The position numbers were made by a program, and so were the translations under genes. From a virus, in IMG/VR virus record IMGVR_UViG_2974543039_000001, positions 34,135 to 98,134 of that record: DNA of 64,000 nucleotides; one strand, 5' to 3'. Shown one piece after another: positions 28,540-39,100 of the stretch. Within the stretch, counting starts at the first letter, position 1. Every line of letters begins with the position of its first letter. Below the pieces are notes generated by a model. It saw nothing but the letters and a program-made list of their open reading frames with translations, made no database searches and was not told where the DNA came from.

Positions 28540-29025
28540 ATGGGTTTAGCACAGATTGATTTAAGATTACTAGCAGTAGGGTATGACAAACTTACTCTAT
28601 CGGAGAAGAACCAGCTAATTAGTAAAGTAGCAGGTAACTACGGGGTACCGATTAATAAAGTATCCGACGAGGTAATCTTACAGTATCATAAGGATGCTAA
28701 AGTTTACTCTCTTGAAACAAGGTACAAAGTAGTCATCTTAGGCGGCTTTACTGCTTCAAATGGTAACTTCTACGGAACTAGTGCCGAAGATCAGTTAAAC
28801 CTAGTGGCTCAGAAGTTGGAGTTAGTCGAAAACCCTTCAATTTCCGAAGTAAAATGGAAAGTTAAGGGTAAGGGTCTGGTTACTCATTCCCGAGAGGAAT
28901 GGCTGCAAGTTTATAAGGAGGGCTATGAATTTAAGTACGGTAAGATCATGGAACTCGATAGTATTAAACAAAAAATCGCAGAAGCAACAACTCACGATGA
29001 GCTCGTTGCCCTACCGAGCGAATAA
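28540..29025 (+). CDS. DUF4376-like fibre-associated protein
   Basis: GGFTASNGNFYGTSAEDQLNL...HSREEW...IAEATTHDEL..L pattern; follows the fibre gene. Confidence 0.6.
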   Translation: MGLAQIDLRLLAVGYDKLTLSEKNQLISKVAGNYGVPINKVSDEVILQYHKDAKVYSLETRYKVVILGGFTASNGNFYGTSAEDQLNLVAQKLELVENPSISEVKWKVKGKGLVTHSREEWLQVYKEGYEFKYGKIMELDSIKQKIAEATTHDELVALPSE

Positions 29026-29050
29026 CTCACCAATGGAAGAGAGCCGACAG

Positions 29051-29086
29051 ACCTACTAGGTATAACTGACCTAGTAGGTTTTTTTA
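29051..29086 (+). terminator. Intrinsic terminator
   Basis: ACCTACTAGGT/ACCTAGTAGGT stem plus T-run. Confidence 0.85.
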
Positions 29087-29100
29087 AGGGAGGGAATAAG

Positions 29101-29580
29101 ATGGAAGAAGTATTGCCCGGTGACGTAGTATTCTACCGACCTTTGACCTTACTTGGGCGAATAGTCAGTAAAGTAACTAAGTCAGAGTATAGTCATGTAG
29201 CGTTAGTGATAGGGACAAACACAGTTATTGAAGCGGATAAGTTTATTAAAACAGGTTTTAGTGTGCTGAATTATGACAAGAAAGTACATAGTGTGTACCG
29301 ACTTGATAATATCTCTCCAGAAGACAGACTGAAGATTGTAAATGCTGTACTAACAATGCAGGATACTAGCTATGACTACAGTCAAATTTTTGGTCTTTTC
29401 CTTCGTCTAGTGTTTCATATAAACACAGATATGTTTAATAAAGCAAATAAGTTTATATGCTCCGAGATCATTGACCAAGCGTTTATTTCCGCAGGCATTC
29501 CTCGCAAAGACCAGAAGAACCTAGGAGATGTAACACCACAAGAACTTTTTGAAAAATATAAACTTAATCGTGTAATATAG
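29101..29580 (+). CDS. Permuted papain-like (YiiX/YaeF-type NlpC/P60) amidase
   Basis: PGDVVF...YSHVAL (His first) ...YDYS...FICSE (Cys last). Confidence 0.8.
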   Translation: MEEVLPGDVVFYRPLTLLGRIVSKVTKSEYSHVALVIGTNTVIEADKFIKTGFSVLNYDKKVHSVYRLDNISPEDRLKIVNAVLTMQDTSYDYSQIFGLFLRLVFHINTDMFNKANKFICSEIIDQAFISAGIPRKDQKNLGDVTPQELFEKYKLNRVI

Positions 29581-29613
29581 AGGCAGGATCAACAATAAGT
29601 TATCCTGTCTTTT
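29581..29613 (+). terminator. Intrinsic terminator
   Basis: AGGCAGGAT/ATCCTGTCT plus T-run; followed by TCTTATATTA, a late-motif variant. Confidence 0.65.
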
Positions 29614-29641
29614 CTTATATTATAAAGAGAGGTGATATACT

Positions 29642-30385
29642 ATGCCAATTGCAGACGGAGTTAACAACCTAAGAAAAATAGCGTTCCAACATGGGACTAA
29701 ATTCTTTAGGTTTGCTATAAACCCAGAAACATATACGTTTTCTAATCCACACAGAACAACAGCTATTAAAACTAAAAGCCGGATTGTTATAGAGGATTTC
29801 CAGAATGATATCCCAACGATTACAATAACTGGAACAACAGGGTTCAACCCAACAGGAAAGAAAGCTGATAGAGGAGTCAACAAAATTAAAGAAATGAAGC
29901 AGTACTTAAAGTCTTATGGTGAGCTCGGGGGAAACGGTAGGACTGCTGCAGAGGATTTTTATTTTCATGATTTTACAAACGATGAAAGCTATGTTGTTCA
30001 CCTATCAGCTGAGGGGGTTACCTATAGCCAAGATGTTACTTCCCCTTTAACCCACAGATACGAGATAAAATTTGTGGTACTCAGGAAGGCAAGCGAGCCA
30101 GCAGATGAGGATGTTATTGATCCAGAGATCGGAAACAGGTTCCCTTCAATATCAGACGGTACGGGTGATCTATCCCCGGACTTGTTTGCTGATAAGCCCT
30201 TGGAGCCCTACAACCCTTCCTCCGGAGATCAGGATGTCTATAACGAGGGAAACAGCGGGATTTATATTCCGCCTCAAGGGAACACCCCAGTAAACCCTCA
30301 AGCGCCCTCGTCTATTTCGTATAACTACGGAATGACAGGATTAGGGTACGCTATTGGGTACTATGCAAGGAGGGCTCTGTCGTGA
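29642..30385 (+). CDS. Baseplate/tail-tube initiator-like protein
   Basis: FRFAINPE...ITGTTG...FHDFTNDESYVVHL; start of the baseplate module. Confidence 0.6.
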   Translation: MPIADGVNNLRKIAFQHGTKFFRFAINPETYTFSNPHRTTAIKTKSRIVIEDFQNDIPTITITGTTGFNPTGKKADRGVNKIKEMKQYLKSYGELGGNGRTAAEDFYFHDFTNDESYVVHLSAEGVTYSQDVTSPLTHRYEIKFVVLRKASEPADEDVIDPEIGNRFPSISDGTGDLSPDLFADKPLEPYNPSSGDQDVYNEGNSGIYIPPQGNTPVNPQAPSSISYNYGMTGLGYAIGYYARRALS

Positions 30386-30900
30386 CTTACCCAGCAGATT
30401 TAATTAGATTTATTTCTACAATTCCGGTACTAAATGATGGAACGATACCCCTGAATACGATAAAGACTAGCGGGAGCTTTGTATCTCCTTTGTACGACCC
30501 TACCTATTCTTTATCAATACTAGCTAGACTAACCCAAAGTGTGTTAACAAGTGATAAAATAGAGGTAGACAACTCTTCGTTGTCTGAGGACACTATCGTG
30601 AGTATGGCACTCAATAGTGATCTGTCCTCCTATTCCCCGGATATTTACTTACTTTTAAGGGCTGTAGTTTTGGAGTCTTTCTCGCTTCTCTACAATATTG
30701 AGCAGCAAGCGTCAAACTTGCAGTATGTTTCCACAAAGGACATTCAGAGAGCTAAGACAAACTTAGGGTATATTGCAGACTTTATGAGTACTAAGCCTAA
30801 GTATTTCAGAATGATAGAGAAGCTGAGAGATATGAATATATCCTTTGGGTATCTGGAGAACCAGATCGATGTAATTATGGTTGAAAGGGGAGGTCGCTAG
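30382..30900 (+). CDS. Hypothetical baseplate-region protein
   Basis: 172 aa, coupled by overlapping stop/start codons. Confidence 0.55.
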   Translation: MTYPADLIRFISTIPVLNDGTIPLNTIKTSGSFVSPLYDPTYSLSILARLTQSVLTSDKIEVDNSSLSEDTIVSMALNSDLSSYSPDIYLLLRAVVLESFSLLYNIEQQASNLQYVSTKDIQRAKTNLGYIADFMSTKPKYFRMIEKLRDMNISFGYLENQIDVIMVERGGR

Positions 30901-31628
30901 TGTTCAAGTTTATAAAGCACGTTGTGGCTTATGGGGATACCATGCAGTCTATCGCTCAGCAGACTCTCGGGGACATGTCCGAATGGGTAAGTTTAGCTCA
31001 GTTTAATAACCTCAAACACCCATATATTGTAGACACTGTAGAGGAGAAGATGGAGAACCCGGACCACTTGGTAACAGTAGGGGATACCCTCTTGATAAAA
31101 ATATCTGAGGATGCTCAGTCTATGCTTATAGCGGAGTTAAAAAGAACCCCCGACTATAATCAGGAAGAGCTCTATGCTTTAGCTCTAGGGAAGGACTTAA
31201 ACATTCTACCCTTCGCTAAAGGTATAGGTGATCCCGGTTGGGATTCTGAAACACTGGAAATGAAGGGGGATGCTATGGGCAGACTGGCAACAGTTAGAGG
31301 TATTGAGAACCTAAAGCAGTCTCTCTTCATTCGTCTAATCACTCCTAAAGGTAGTTACATAGGACATCCGGAGTATGGTTCTAACCTTCACCAATACTTA
31401 GGGATGAAAAATACAGAGGAAAATGCTGCTCTTGTAGATTTAGAGATTGAAAGAACACTGCGAACAGACAGTAGGGTAACAGGGGTGTCACTAAACAGTC
31501 ACTCCATTACAGGAAATACATATGCAGCATCTTTTACCGTTACCTCTATGACAAAAGATCAAGTGTTTGAATTTGTTATATCCGCACAGGAAGATGGACC
31601 AATTGTCCTCTTAGATAATTTTAACTAA
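30900..31628 (+). CDS. Baseplate wedge protein (LysM-like N-terminus plus gp25-like domain)
   Basis: HVVAYGDTMQSIAQ; NLKQSL..RLITPKG....HPEYGS...DSRV. Confidence 0.8.
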   Translation: MFKFIKHVVAYGDTMQSIAQQTLGDMSEWVSLAQFNNLKHPYIVDTVEEKMENPDHLVTVGDTLLIKISEDAQSMLIAELKRTPDYNQEELYALALGKDLNILPFAKGIGDPGWDSETLEMKGDAMGRLATVRGIENLKQSLFIRLITPKGSYIGHPEYGSNLHQYLGMKNTEENAALVDLEIERTLRTDSRVTGVSLNSHSITGNTYAASFTVTSMTKDQVFEFVISAQEDGPIVLLDNFN

Positions 31629-31646
31629 AATGAAAGGAGGGTCATC

Positions 31647-32693
31647 ATGAGATTTAAAAGAATGTCTGAGATTTATTCTCGGTTAGTCGACCATACGATT
31701 ACACACACCCGGGAAGTAAACGACTTCTCTGTAGGGAGTGCCATGAGAGCCCTTTATGAAGCAGTGTCAATTGAATTAGAGCAGTTTTATATCCTCACAA
31801 GGGAGAACATGCAGGAGGCTATTGAGCAGGGAGTATATAGCTCTTTTGGGTTTACTCGAAAACCTGCAGTTAGAGCCTACGGTGTTGTTCAAATTACACT
31901 CCATAATGCGCTGCAGCAGGACATGGTTGTATCTCGTGGTTCCCGTTTTACCTCTAGTATGCCCGAGTATTCACAAACATATGAAACTAGAGTGGACTAC
32001 TATATCCCTAAAGGCTCTTTAATGGCAGAAATGGAGGTGTACTGTACAATACCCGGGTCTACCGGGAATATTCCGGAGGACACCTTGGATATAATGCAGA
32101 CACCCTTCCCGAATGTACAGCTAGTTACTAACCCATCTGCTTTTCAAACAGGACAGGATGAGGAGCCGCTAGAGGAACTTCGTTCTCGGTTTCGCTCATT
32201 CATTAAAGCGCTTAGTCGAGCTACAGTTCCAGCAATTGACTATGGTACTCGTACAGTGCCCGAGGTCTCAGGAGTGTACATTGAGGAGGAGACAGGTCGT
32301 GTTAATGTGTATGCACATGATCGAAACGGTAACCTACCTGATGAGGTAAGAGAGAAAATTATGGAGGCACTGTACGACTACCGCCCTGCTGGAATACCTG
32401 TGAGACTGTTTGCAGTTACTCGAAAGTCCATTGATGTAAAGGTTACAGTTACTTTAACAAATAAGGCGGCAGTCACCGATACTTTCCGTAAAAAAATCAC
32501 CGAGGAAATAACAAGATATTTGAATAACATGCAGACTTCCCAAAGTTTAATCCTATCAGATTTATCCAGTGTAATAAAGTACATTGACCGCCAGCTTATA
32601 TACGATGTGACTTTTACCAACTTATCAAGTAACATTACCCTTAAAGGATCAGAAATTATACGAGCAGGGGACGTTGAGGTAACTTTAAAATAG
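31647..32693 (+). CDS. Baseplate J-like protein
   Basis: DFSVGSAMRALYEA, GQDEEPLEELRSR, DYRPAGI. Confidence 0.88.
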   Translation: MRFKRMSEIYSRLVDHTITHTREVNDFSVGSAMRALYEAVSIELEQFYILTRENMQEAIEQGVYSSFGFTRKPAVRAYGVVQITLHNALQQDMVVSRGSRFTSSMPEYSQTYETRVDYYIPKGSLMAEMEVYCTIPGSTGNIPEDTLDIMQTPFPNVQLVTNPSAFQTGQDEEPLEELRSRFRSFIKALSRATVPAIDYGTRTVPEVSGVYIEEETGRVNVYAHDRNGNLPDEVREKIMEALYDYRPAGIPVRLFAVTRKSIDVKVTVTLTNKAAVTDTFRKKITEEITRYLNNMQTSQSLILSDLSSVIKYIDRQLIYDVTFTNLSSNITLKGSEIIRAGDVEVTLK

Positions 32694-32709
32694 AGAGGGG
32701 GTTGGTTAC

Positions 32710-34212
32710 GTGTCTTTTTTAAAACACTTACTGCCTGCGTGGAAAACAAATATAGAAGACAAAACTAAAGCAAACGCTGCGATCCTCTCAGCGTTAGACA
32801 TAGAATTAAAAGACTCAGAGAAAGAGACAATAAAGAGCAAAGTGTTAATGTCCCTTGACACTTCTACCGGGGAGTGGTTAGACCAGTATGGTAACTTATT
32901 CGGAGTACTTCGTAGAGATGGTGAGTCTGACGACAGTTATAGACAGCGTATTATTAGCTATGTTCTTCTAAAAAGAGGAACCATACCTGCTATAATAGAT
33001 GCAATTCGAGACTACCTTCAAGACTACAGTTCATACATAGAAGTATATGAGCCGTACACGAATGTGTTTATTCTCAACCACTCTAAGCTTAATAGTAAAG
33101 ACCATTTCCTCGGAGAGTACTATACTGTAGCGGTTATCGACATTAAGTTCTCTCGACCCTTCCCTGCCGATATTTTGGATGTTATTAATGAGTTCAAACC
33201 AGCAGGAGTAACAGTGAGGTTAACGTATCAGCCGGGAGTAAACAACCCGAACGCCCCGATAATTGATTCAACTATTGACGACGAAGAAGCGCTGTCAGGT
33301 ATCGAATGGTTGCGAATCATGAATGGCATGAATGACCGTATTAGCGGTCATCTAAACTTAACTGCACGATCTAGGGATGACAATGATAAAAGCGGAGTGT
33401 TCAGACTAAACCATAGTAAACTGAACTCCAATGATCGTCTTTCCGGAGCTTTTTCCGTAGGGGACGCTACATACAACTTGGCTTCCTTCTCTACTGAAAG
33501 TTTAGTGTTTGACAATAGTACAACGGTAGCAGATGTACTCCGTGATACGAGGAACATGTCTTCAGACTTCTACACTAAGACAGGGGAGATCAACGACCTT
33601 TACGCTGCCCAAATAGTAGACGGAGCATCTAGCAGCTACCTATATTTCACAATGGACATAGCTACATATTTTAATGTGAACTACAGCAGCTATCTTCGAG
33701 AGGTACGACCGGACGGTCTTTATAACAAAGACACCTACTTATCCTTAATAGACTCCCCGTACGTGCAGTATCAGATGAATGCTATGCTGCCTTCTACGAA
33801 AGCAACAAAGTACAGTTTGCAGCTGTTAAACCTTAATACCCTAACATGGGATACAGTAGGTAGCGGAACATTAAGTGCAGAGTATACTCAAGGAAAAGCA
33901 CCTGTAGGGAGTATGAAGGACTACCTATCCGATAATGGTATGTTATTTACTCGTATCAGCTTGGAACCGAACACAGGCACACTAAGCTATGATGGAGGCT
34001 CATTTAACGACCCCGATGCCGCCTCGGTCATAGATGGTGGAGACTTCGGCACTGTGCCCCCTACAGAAGTAGTCGACGGAAATGTAAGCGAACCTTATGA
34101 ATTCCGACTAGGGTTTTATGAATTCGGGTTTATGAAGGATGTAGCAGTGCGTCCCACTATTAATTCAGAGGAAGAAGTCTTTGGAAGCGGAACACTGGTC
34201 CCTATCCAATAA
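32710..34212 (+). CDS. Baseplate wedge/tail protein
   Basis: TGEWLDQYGNLFGVLRRDGESDDSYRQRI; FKPAGV; acidic DGG-repeat C-terminus. Confidence 0.75.
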   Translation: MSFLKHLLPAWKTNIEDKTKANAAILSALDIELKDSEKETIKSKVLMSLDTSTGEWLDQYGNLFGVLRRDGESDDSYRQRIISYVLLKRGTIPAIIDAIRDYLQDYSSYIEVYEPYTNVFILNHSKLNSKDHFLGEYYTVAVIDIKFSRPFPADILDVINEFKPAGVTVRLTYQPGVNNPNAPIIDSTIDDEEALSGIEWLRIMNGMNDRISGHLNLTARSRDDNDKSGVFRLNHSKLNSNDRLSGAFSVGDATYNLASFSTESLVFDNSTTVADVLRDTRNMSSDFYTKTGEINDLYAAQIVDGASSSYLYFTMDIATYFNVNYSSYLREVRPDGLYNKDTYLSLIDSPYVQYQMNAMLPSTKATKYSLQLLNLNTLTWDTVGSGTLSAEYTQGKAPVGSMKDYLSDNGMLFTRISLEPNTGTLSYDGGSFNDPDAASVIDGGDFGTVPPTEVVDGNVSEPYEFRLGFYEFGFMKDVAVRPTINSEEEVFGSGTLVPIQ

Positions 34213-34237
34213 CTATTAAAGAGGTGGAGGTTTAATA

Positions 34238-35515
34238 ATGGCAGATGTAGAAAAAAGAAGGATAAAGTTACGAAGAGGACTAGAAGCTGACTTACCTACT
34301 CTTGATGAAGGAGAGCCCGCTCTCACATTAGATACTAATAAGTTATTCATAGGAGGAGCGCTAGGTAATACGCAACTAGCCAATCAAAAAGACTTAGAGA
34401 CTATTTCAAGTGATGTAGAGAAGGTAAAAGCAGATGTAGGTACGGCGAAAACAGATATCAAGGGGTTAAAGACGGACGTATCTACAAATAAAGGCGATGT
34501 GTCTAAATTAAAATCAGATGTAGCTACCATTAAGGCGGACGTAGACACCGCAGAGGAGAGCATTGACTCACTTCAAACAGACATGACTGCAGCTAAATCT
34601 GACGTAGCTTCACTGAAGACGGATATGACCACTGCAAAATCAGATATCTCTACCTTGAACTCCAACGTAGGGACTACAAAATCGGACGTAACTGCTTTGA
34701 AGTCCGATATGACTACAGCTAAGTCGAATATCTCCTCCTTACAAGCTGATACTGGGTCTTTGGAAACTGATGTAGACGGTTTAAAAGACTTGGCACGGTT
34801 CACAGCAGTAGACGCTAATGCTTTAGCTACTAAAGGATCGCTGTATATAAAAAACGATGATAAATTGTTCGGATATATGTCAGACGGTAGCTCTTCAAAC
34901 CTCGCTACTATGGATCAGGACGACATTGCAAAATTAGGAGATACCTATGCTAATACTTGGCTGGTAGGTAAGGAGTATGTTTCTATAAAATCACCCACAG
35001 TATCTGTAGTAGAGCAGTTTAACGCCGATGGGTCAAATAAATCCGAGGCTAGAACAGTGTACCATCAAGGGAACTTCTGTAACCACGCTATGTTTAGTTC
35101 CACAACAGGTACTCTAGTTCTGCCTGTAAATGTCTATACTAAGCTTACAGTTATGGACAGTATTATCTCCTCGTTCCCTCAAGGTAAAGCAGCAGGGGTA
35201 TCTTATACAATACCAAGAGAGGGCGTCTATACTTTTAACATTACGATTAAAGTAAGCGCAGACCTGACATCAGCATCCGGATATGTTCGTTTTGCCTTAA
35301 ACAGGGACAGAGGAGGTACAGTATCAGATATAGACTTACAAGATGTTCAGTATTCTAATTCGTATGAGACACCCTCCCTAAGTGCAAACTTTATTTATAA
35401 GTGTGATGCCGGGGATATCCTAACTCCTGAAGTTAAGCCCCTTACTGAAGACGTGACCATAGGGGAAGGAACCACGTGTAATATTTATTTCTTAGGTGAT
35501 AGTATCACAGCATAA
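34238..35515 (+). CDS. Fibre protein: Mtd-N-like anchor, 14-aa coiled-coil repeats, C1q/TNF-like head
   Basis: IKLRRG...LDEGEP.LT.DT.KL.IG; KSD(V/I)xxLxxDxxTA repeats; YTIPREGVYTFN. Confidence 0.65.
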   Translation: MADVEKRRIKLRRGLEADLPTLDEGEPALTLDTNKLFIGGALGNTQLANQKDLETISSDVEKVKADVGTAKTDIKGLKTDVSTNKGDVSKLKSDVATIKADVDTAEESIDSLQTDMTAAKSDVASLKTDMTTAKSDISTLNSNVGTTKSDVTALKSDMTTAKSNISSLQADTGSLETDVDGLKDLARFTAVDANALATKGSLYIKNDDKLFGYMSDGSSSNLATMDQDDIAKLGDTYANTWLVGKEYVSIKSPTVSVVEQFNADGSNKSEARTVYHQGNFCNHAMFSSTTGTLVLPVNVYTKLTVMDSIISSFPQGKAAGVSYTIPREGVYTFNITIKVSADLTSASGYVRFALNRDRGGTVSDIDLQDVQYSNSYETPSLSANFIYKCDAGDILTPEVKPLTEDVTIGEGTTCNIYFLGDSITA

Positions 35516-35540
35516 GAGCCGGACGTACCGGCTCTTTATT
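35514..35540 (+). terminator. Intrinsic terminator
   Basis: AAGAGCCGG/CCGGCTCTT. Confidence 0.75.
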
Positions 35541-35546
35541 GTTGTA

Positions 35547-35585
35547 TGTTATAATAAATTTGTGGAACTAAACACTGTTATATTA
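35547..35585 (+). promoter_or_regulatory. Tandem extended -10 (TGTTATAAT) and late motif (TGTTATATTA)
   Basis: Same 29-nt offset as at 12313/12342. Confidence 0.6.
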
Positions 35586-35633
35586 ATAATAGATACTGTT
35601 TACGAATGAGACACGAGAGGGTGAAAAAGAAAG

Positions 35634-36164
35634 ATGGCTACTTCTACACTTTATTCCCATATTTACGACGCCATTCAGTTGCAATCAAAATGGGATAATG
35701 CATATTTAGTCTTTGGAAAAACGTCCCCATGGACAGACGACGATAACCCCCCAAAAGAAGACCCTAATGCCACCTCTATTCAAGAGATCATTGGGTATAA
35801 AAAAGTTAGACAATTTTCATTAGCAAGACCGCTAAAAGAGGGAGAAAAACCGACTGATAGCCCCTACCCTGTTGTGACCTATAACCAGCAGTCATGGGTA
35901 CTTATCCCGGTAGATAAGGCGTATGAGGAAGAGGCTAGGTGGGTTTACATAGAAACAGAAATACAGCCCGAGGAGTTTGAACTGGGAGAATATAGACAGG
36001 TCGGTATTCATGTGGACCTGCAACCAGCGAACGGAGTAACAAAGCAGAATTTATTACCTTCCGAAGTTGCGAATCCGGGAATTTTACGTTTCTATGAAAA
36101 TAGAAAACGACAAAATAGAACATCTAGTGTGTACGCACTTGAGCAGTTCTTAGTAAAACTATAA
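35634..36164 (+). CDS. Baseplate structural protein
   Basis: YLVFGKTSPW..D..PP...IIGYKKV...YRQVG motifs typical of Twort-like baseplates. Confidence 0.7.
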   Translation: MATSTLYSHIYDAIQLQSKWDNAYLVFGKTSPWTDDDNPPKEDPNATSIQEIIGYKKVRQFSLARPLKEGEKPTDSPYPVVTYNQQSWVLIPVDKAYEEEARWVYIETEIQPEEFELGEYRQVGIHVDLQPANGVTKQNLLPSEVANPGILRFYENRKRQNRTSSVYALEQFLVKL

Positions 36165-36182
36165 TCAAAGGAGTGAATCACT

Positions 36183-39100
36183 TTGGCAGATATTAACTTT
36201 GGGGTATCCCCTTATAATGATCGATTTGACCCGAATAGTAACAGAAACAAAGTACTATTCCGTCCAGACCGAGCCCTTCAGCAAGCTGAACTAAACGAGA
36301 TGCAGTCTATTGCAGAATATAACGTGCGGCAGCTTGGAGACAGTATCTTTGAAGACGGAGCTATGCAGACCGGGATGTCGTTCTCTATAGACGCTGACGC
36401 TAAGAAAATCACTGTTGAAGATGGGTCAGTGTATCTTGCAGGTAGAGTTCGTAAATTTAAGAAACAGACGATCCCTTTCAATAGTTCCGGAACTGAAAAG
36501 ATCGGAGTGAAGCTTGAGCAAAAAATTATTGATTACAATATGGACCCTACGCTACTGGACCAGACACAAGGGGTAGACAGTTACTTATCAGCAGGAGCAG
36601 ATCGATTAGAAGAAACTGTAGTCCTTACAAACAATGATGATAGTGCCCCAACGATCTACGAGTTTAACGACGGAGACTTATTTGTTCAGCCAGACCGCCC
36701 TGAGTTTTCTCTGATTAATGAAACACTTGCGCAGCGCACATACGAAGAATCCGGGTCGTACCAAGTAGAAGGATTCAAAATGTGGACGGAGAAAAGTCAG
36801 CAAGATGGAAAAGTAGACCTTATTGTGGACCGAGGTACAGCCTATGTCTTGGGTTACCGGATTAACAAACCGACCGCCAGCCGTATCCCTCTGGATAAGT
36901 CACTAGACTACAAAGAGGTAGCACAGGAAACACATACTTATGACACAAGTGTTCGAAAGTCCAAGATCGGAAGCAGCTCAGTCAAGGAAGTTAAACAGGT
37001 GCTCGCACGAACTCAGAGTCCTGCTGGGGGAGTGAACATCCCTAAAGGTACTAAAGATGGTAGAGATGGCATCCCTGCGCAATACACGAGTATTGACCCA
37101 ACAACAACGAAGCTTTGGACGTCTTCTCCAGAGCAGTACTACACTTATGGAACTGATTATAAGATTGTAGAAGAGAGCGGCATTCAGTATGTGGACTGGA
37201 ACACTGGACCAAACGGTATGGAGCCTGCAACTGGGCAGTCTTACAATATCTCGTTTGAGTACGATCGTATTATGCAGGAGAATGTAGACTACAAGGTAAC
37301 TACTACCCCTATCGAGGGTGCTGCCGGGTCAGACACGTACATCGACTTTAATGGGATGACTGGTCTTAAGCCTAAGAGTGGCGGGTTAATCCGAGTTAAC
37401 TACACTTTCTACTTAGCACGAGTAGACCTAGTTACACTAAACAGTTCTGGTGAATTTGTAGTTCTGAAGGGGCAGTCCGATAGAACTACCGCAGCACAGG
37501 CACCTATTCACGAGGACCCATTAACATTAAAGATCGGTACTGTGTTCGTATACCCTAACTCTGATATCGCTGAGGCTAATAACAACGGTGTTGTACGTCT
37601 ACGTATGGAGGACTTACAAAAGCTAAAAACTCGTTTAGAGAACGTAGAGTACAACCAAGCAATTCAAGCGCTTGAGAACAGCTCTATTGTTACTGATGAC
37701 CCTCTAACACTTCGAGGTGTCTTTGCAGATGGCTTTGTAGACTTTAGTCGTATGGATATGAACCTATCGTCTGTTGCAATGAGCTTCGATGATGCAAGTA
37801 TTACACTAATGGTCAATGCACCGGACGAACAAATGAAGTCTCCGGAGTTTGCTAAAGACAAGTCATTAGCTCACTTATGGGGTCGTATCATTACAGCACC
37901 ATATACGGAGAACAAAGAAATTACACAGCCGCTGGCAACAGAAGCAATGAACGTAAACCCTTATGCCGTGTATAACAAACTAGGTGCTCTCAAACTCAAT
38001 CCGTCAGCAGATAACTGGATTGAGGAGAAAAAAGTCACCGTCAATAAAGAAGACACTATGACTGTTCGTATGGACAGATGGTGGAGACATAATCGGACTA
38101 CTACCAAGCATAAAGACCTACAGTACCTTGTGGATAACCTTGATCTCGATGGTAACCAAAAGTGGGACATGGGTAACAGCTTAAACCAAGATAAGCTTGT
38201 AGGACGTACTGGGACGCTTACAGATGTAGCTAGTACAATCCGGGAGTCCTCCATCGAATACATCAGGCAGAAGGTAGTAGAGTTTACTGCTGAGAACTTG
38301 AAGCCGATGTCTAACAACCTGTATCTCACCTTCGATGGTATTCGAGTCAACATAACTCCTACAGGAACCACAGTCAAGGGGTCAGATACGGGGACTATTA
38401 TGGCAGACGCTAACGGTAAAGCTACAGGTAAGTTCGAAATCCCGGCAGGTGTTCGTACCGGAGTCAGAGAAGTTGTATTGCAGAACGGAGACAACAGCGC
38501 TATCTCTACCTATACAGCCCAAGGGACATTAAAGACAACTGAAGAAGTTGTTACTCGAACACGAGTAACCGTTAACTTATATGACCCGCTCGCCCAGTCT
38601 TTTGTATTCGCACAGGATCGGGTAGTAACAAGCTTTGATCTATACTTTGCTTCTAAGTCTACCTCAGATAATCTAATTGTTCAAGTACGAGGATTGTCCG
38701 AAGGCGGTTTCCCAAACCAGACTATCTATGCAGAACGCATCGTAACCCCAGACCAAGTTAATGTGTCAAGTGATGGTTCCAAAGCTACTAAAGTAGCACT
38801 GGATGACCCACTAATGTGTAAAGCAGGGCAGAGCTACTGTATCGTCATCATCACGGATAGTAACGATTATACTATGTGGGTAGCCACTCTTGGGCAGAAC
38901 CGGAAAGATAACCCATCGACTAAAGTTGTGTCTAACGCATATGTTAACGGTGTTCTGTTTAGCTCGTCGAATGCTAGAACTTGGACTGTACACCAGTCTT
39001 CTGATCTTAAGTTCAGCGTATACACTGCTACGTTCCAAGAGAATGCAGTTGTTGAGTTTAATACATTAGAGGACTTAGACTCTGATATGATGCTTCTCAT

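Noticed and set aside
34238-35515. Diversity-generating retroelement suggested by the Mtd-like domain
   Set aside because: No reverse transcriptase, template/variable repeat pair or adenine-specific variation seen in the window.
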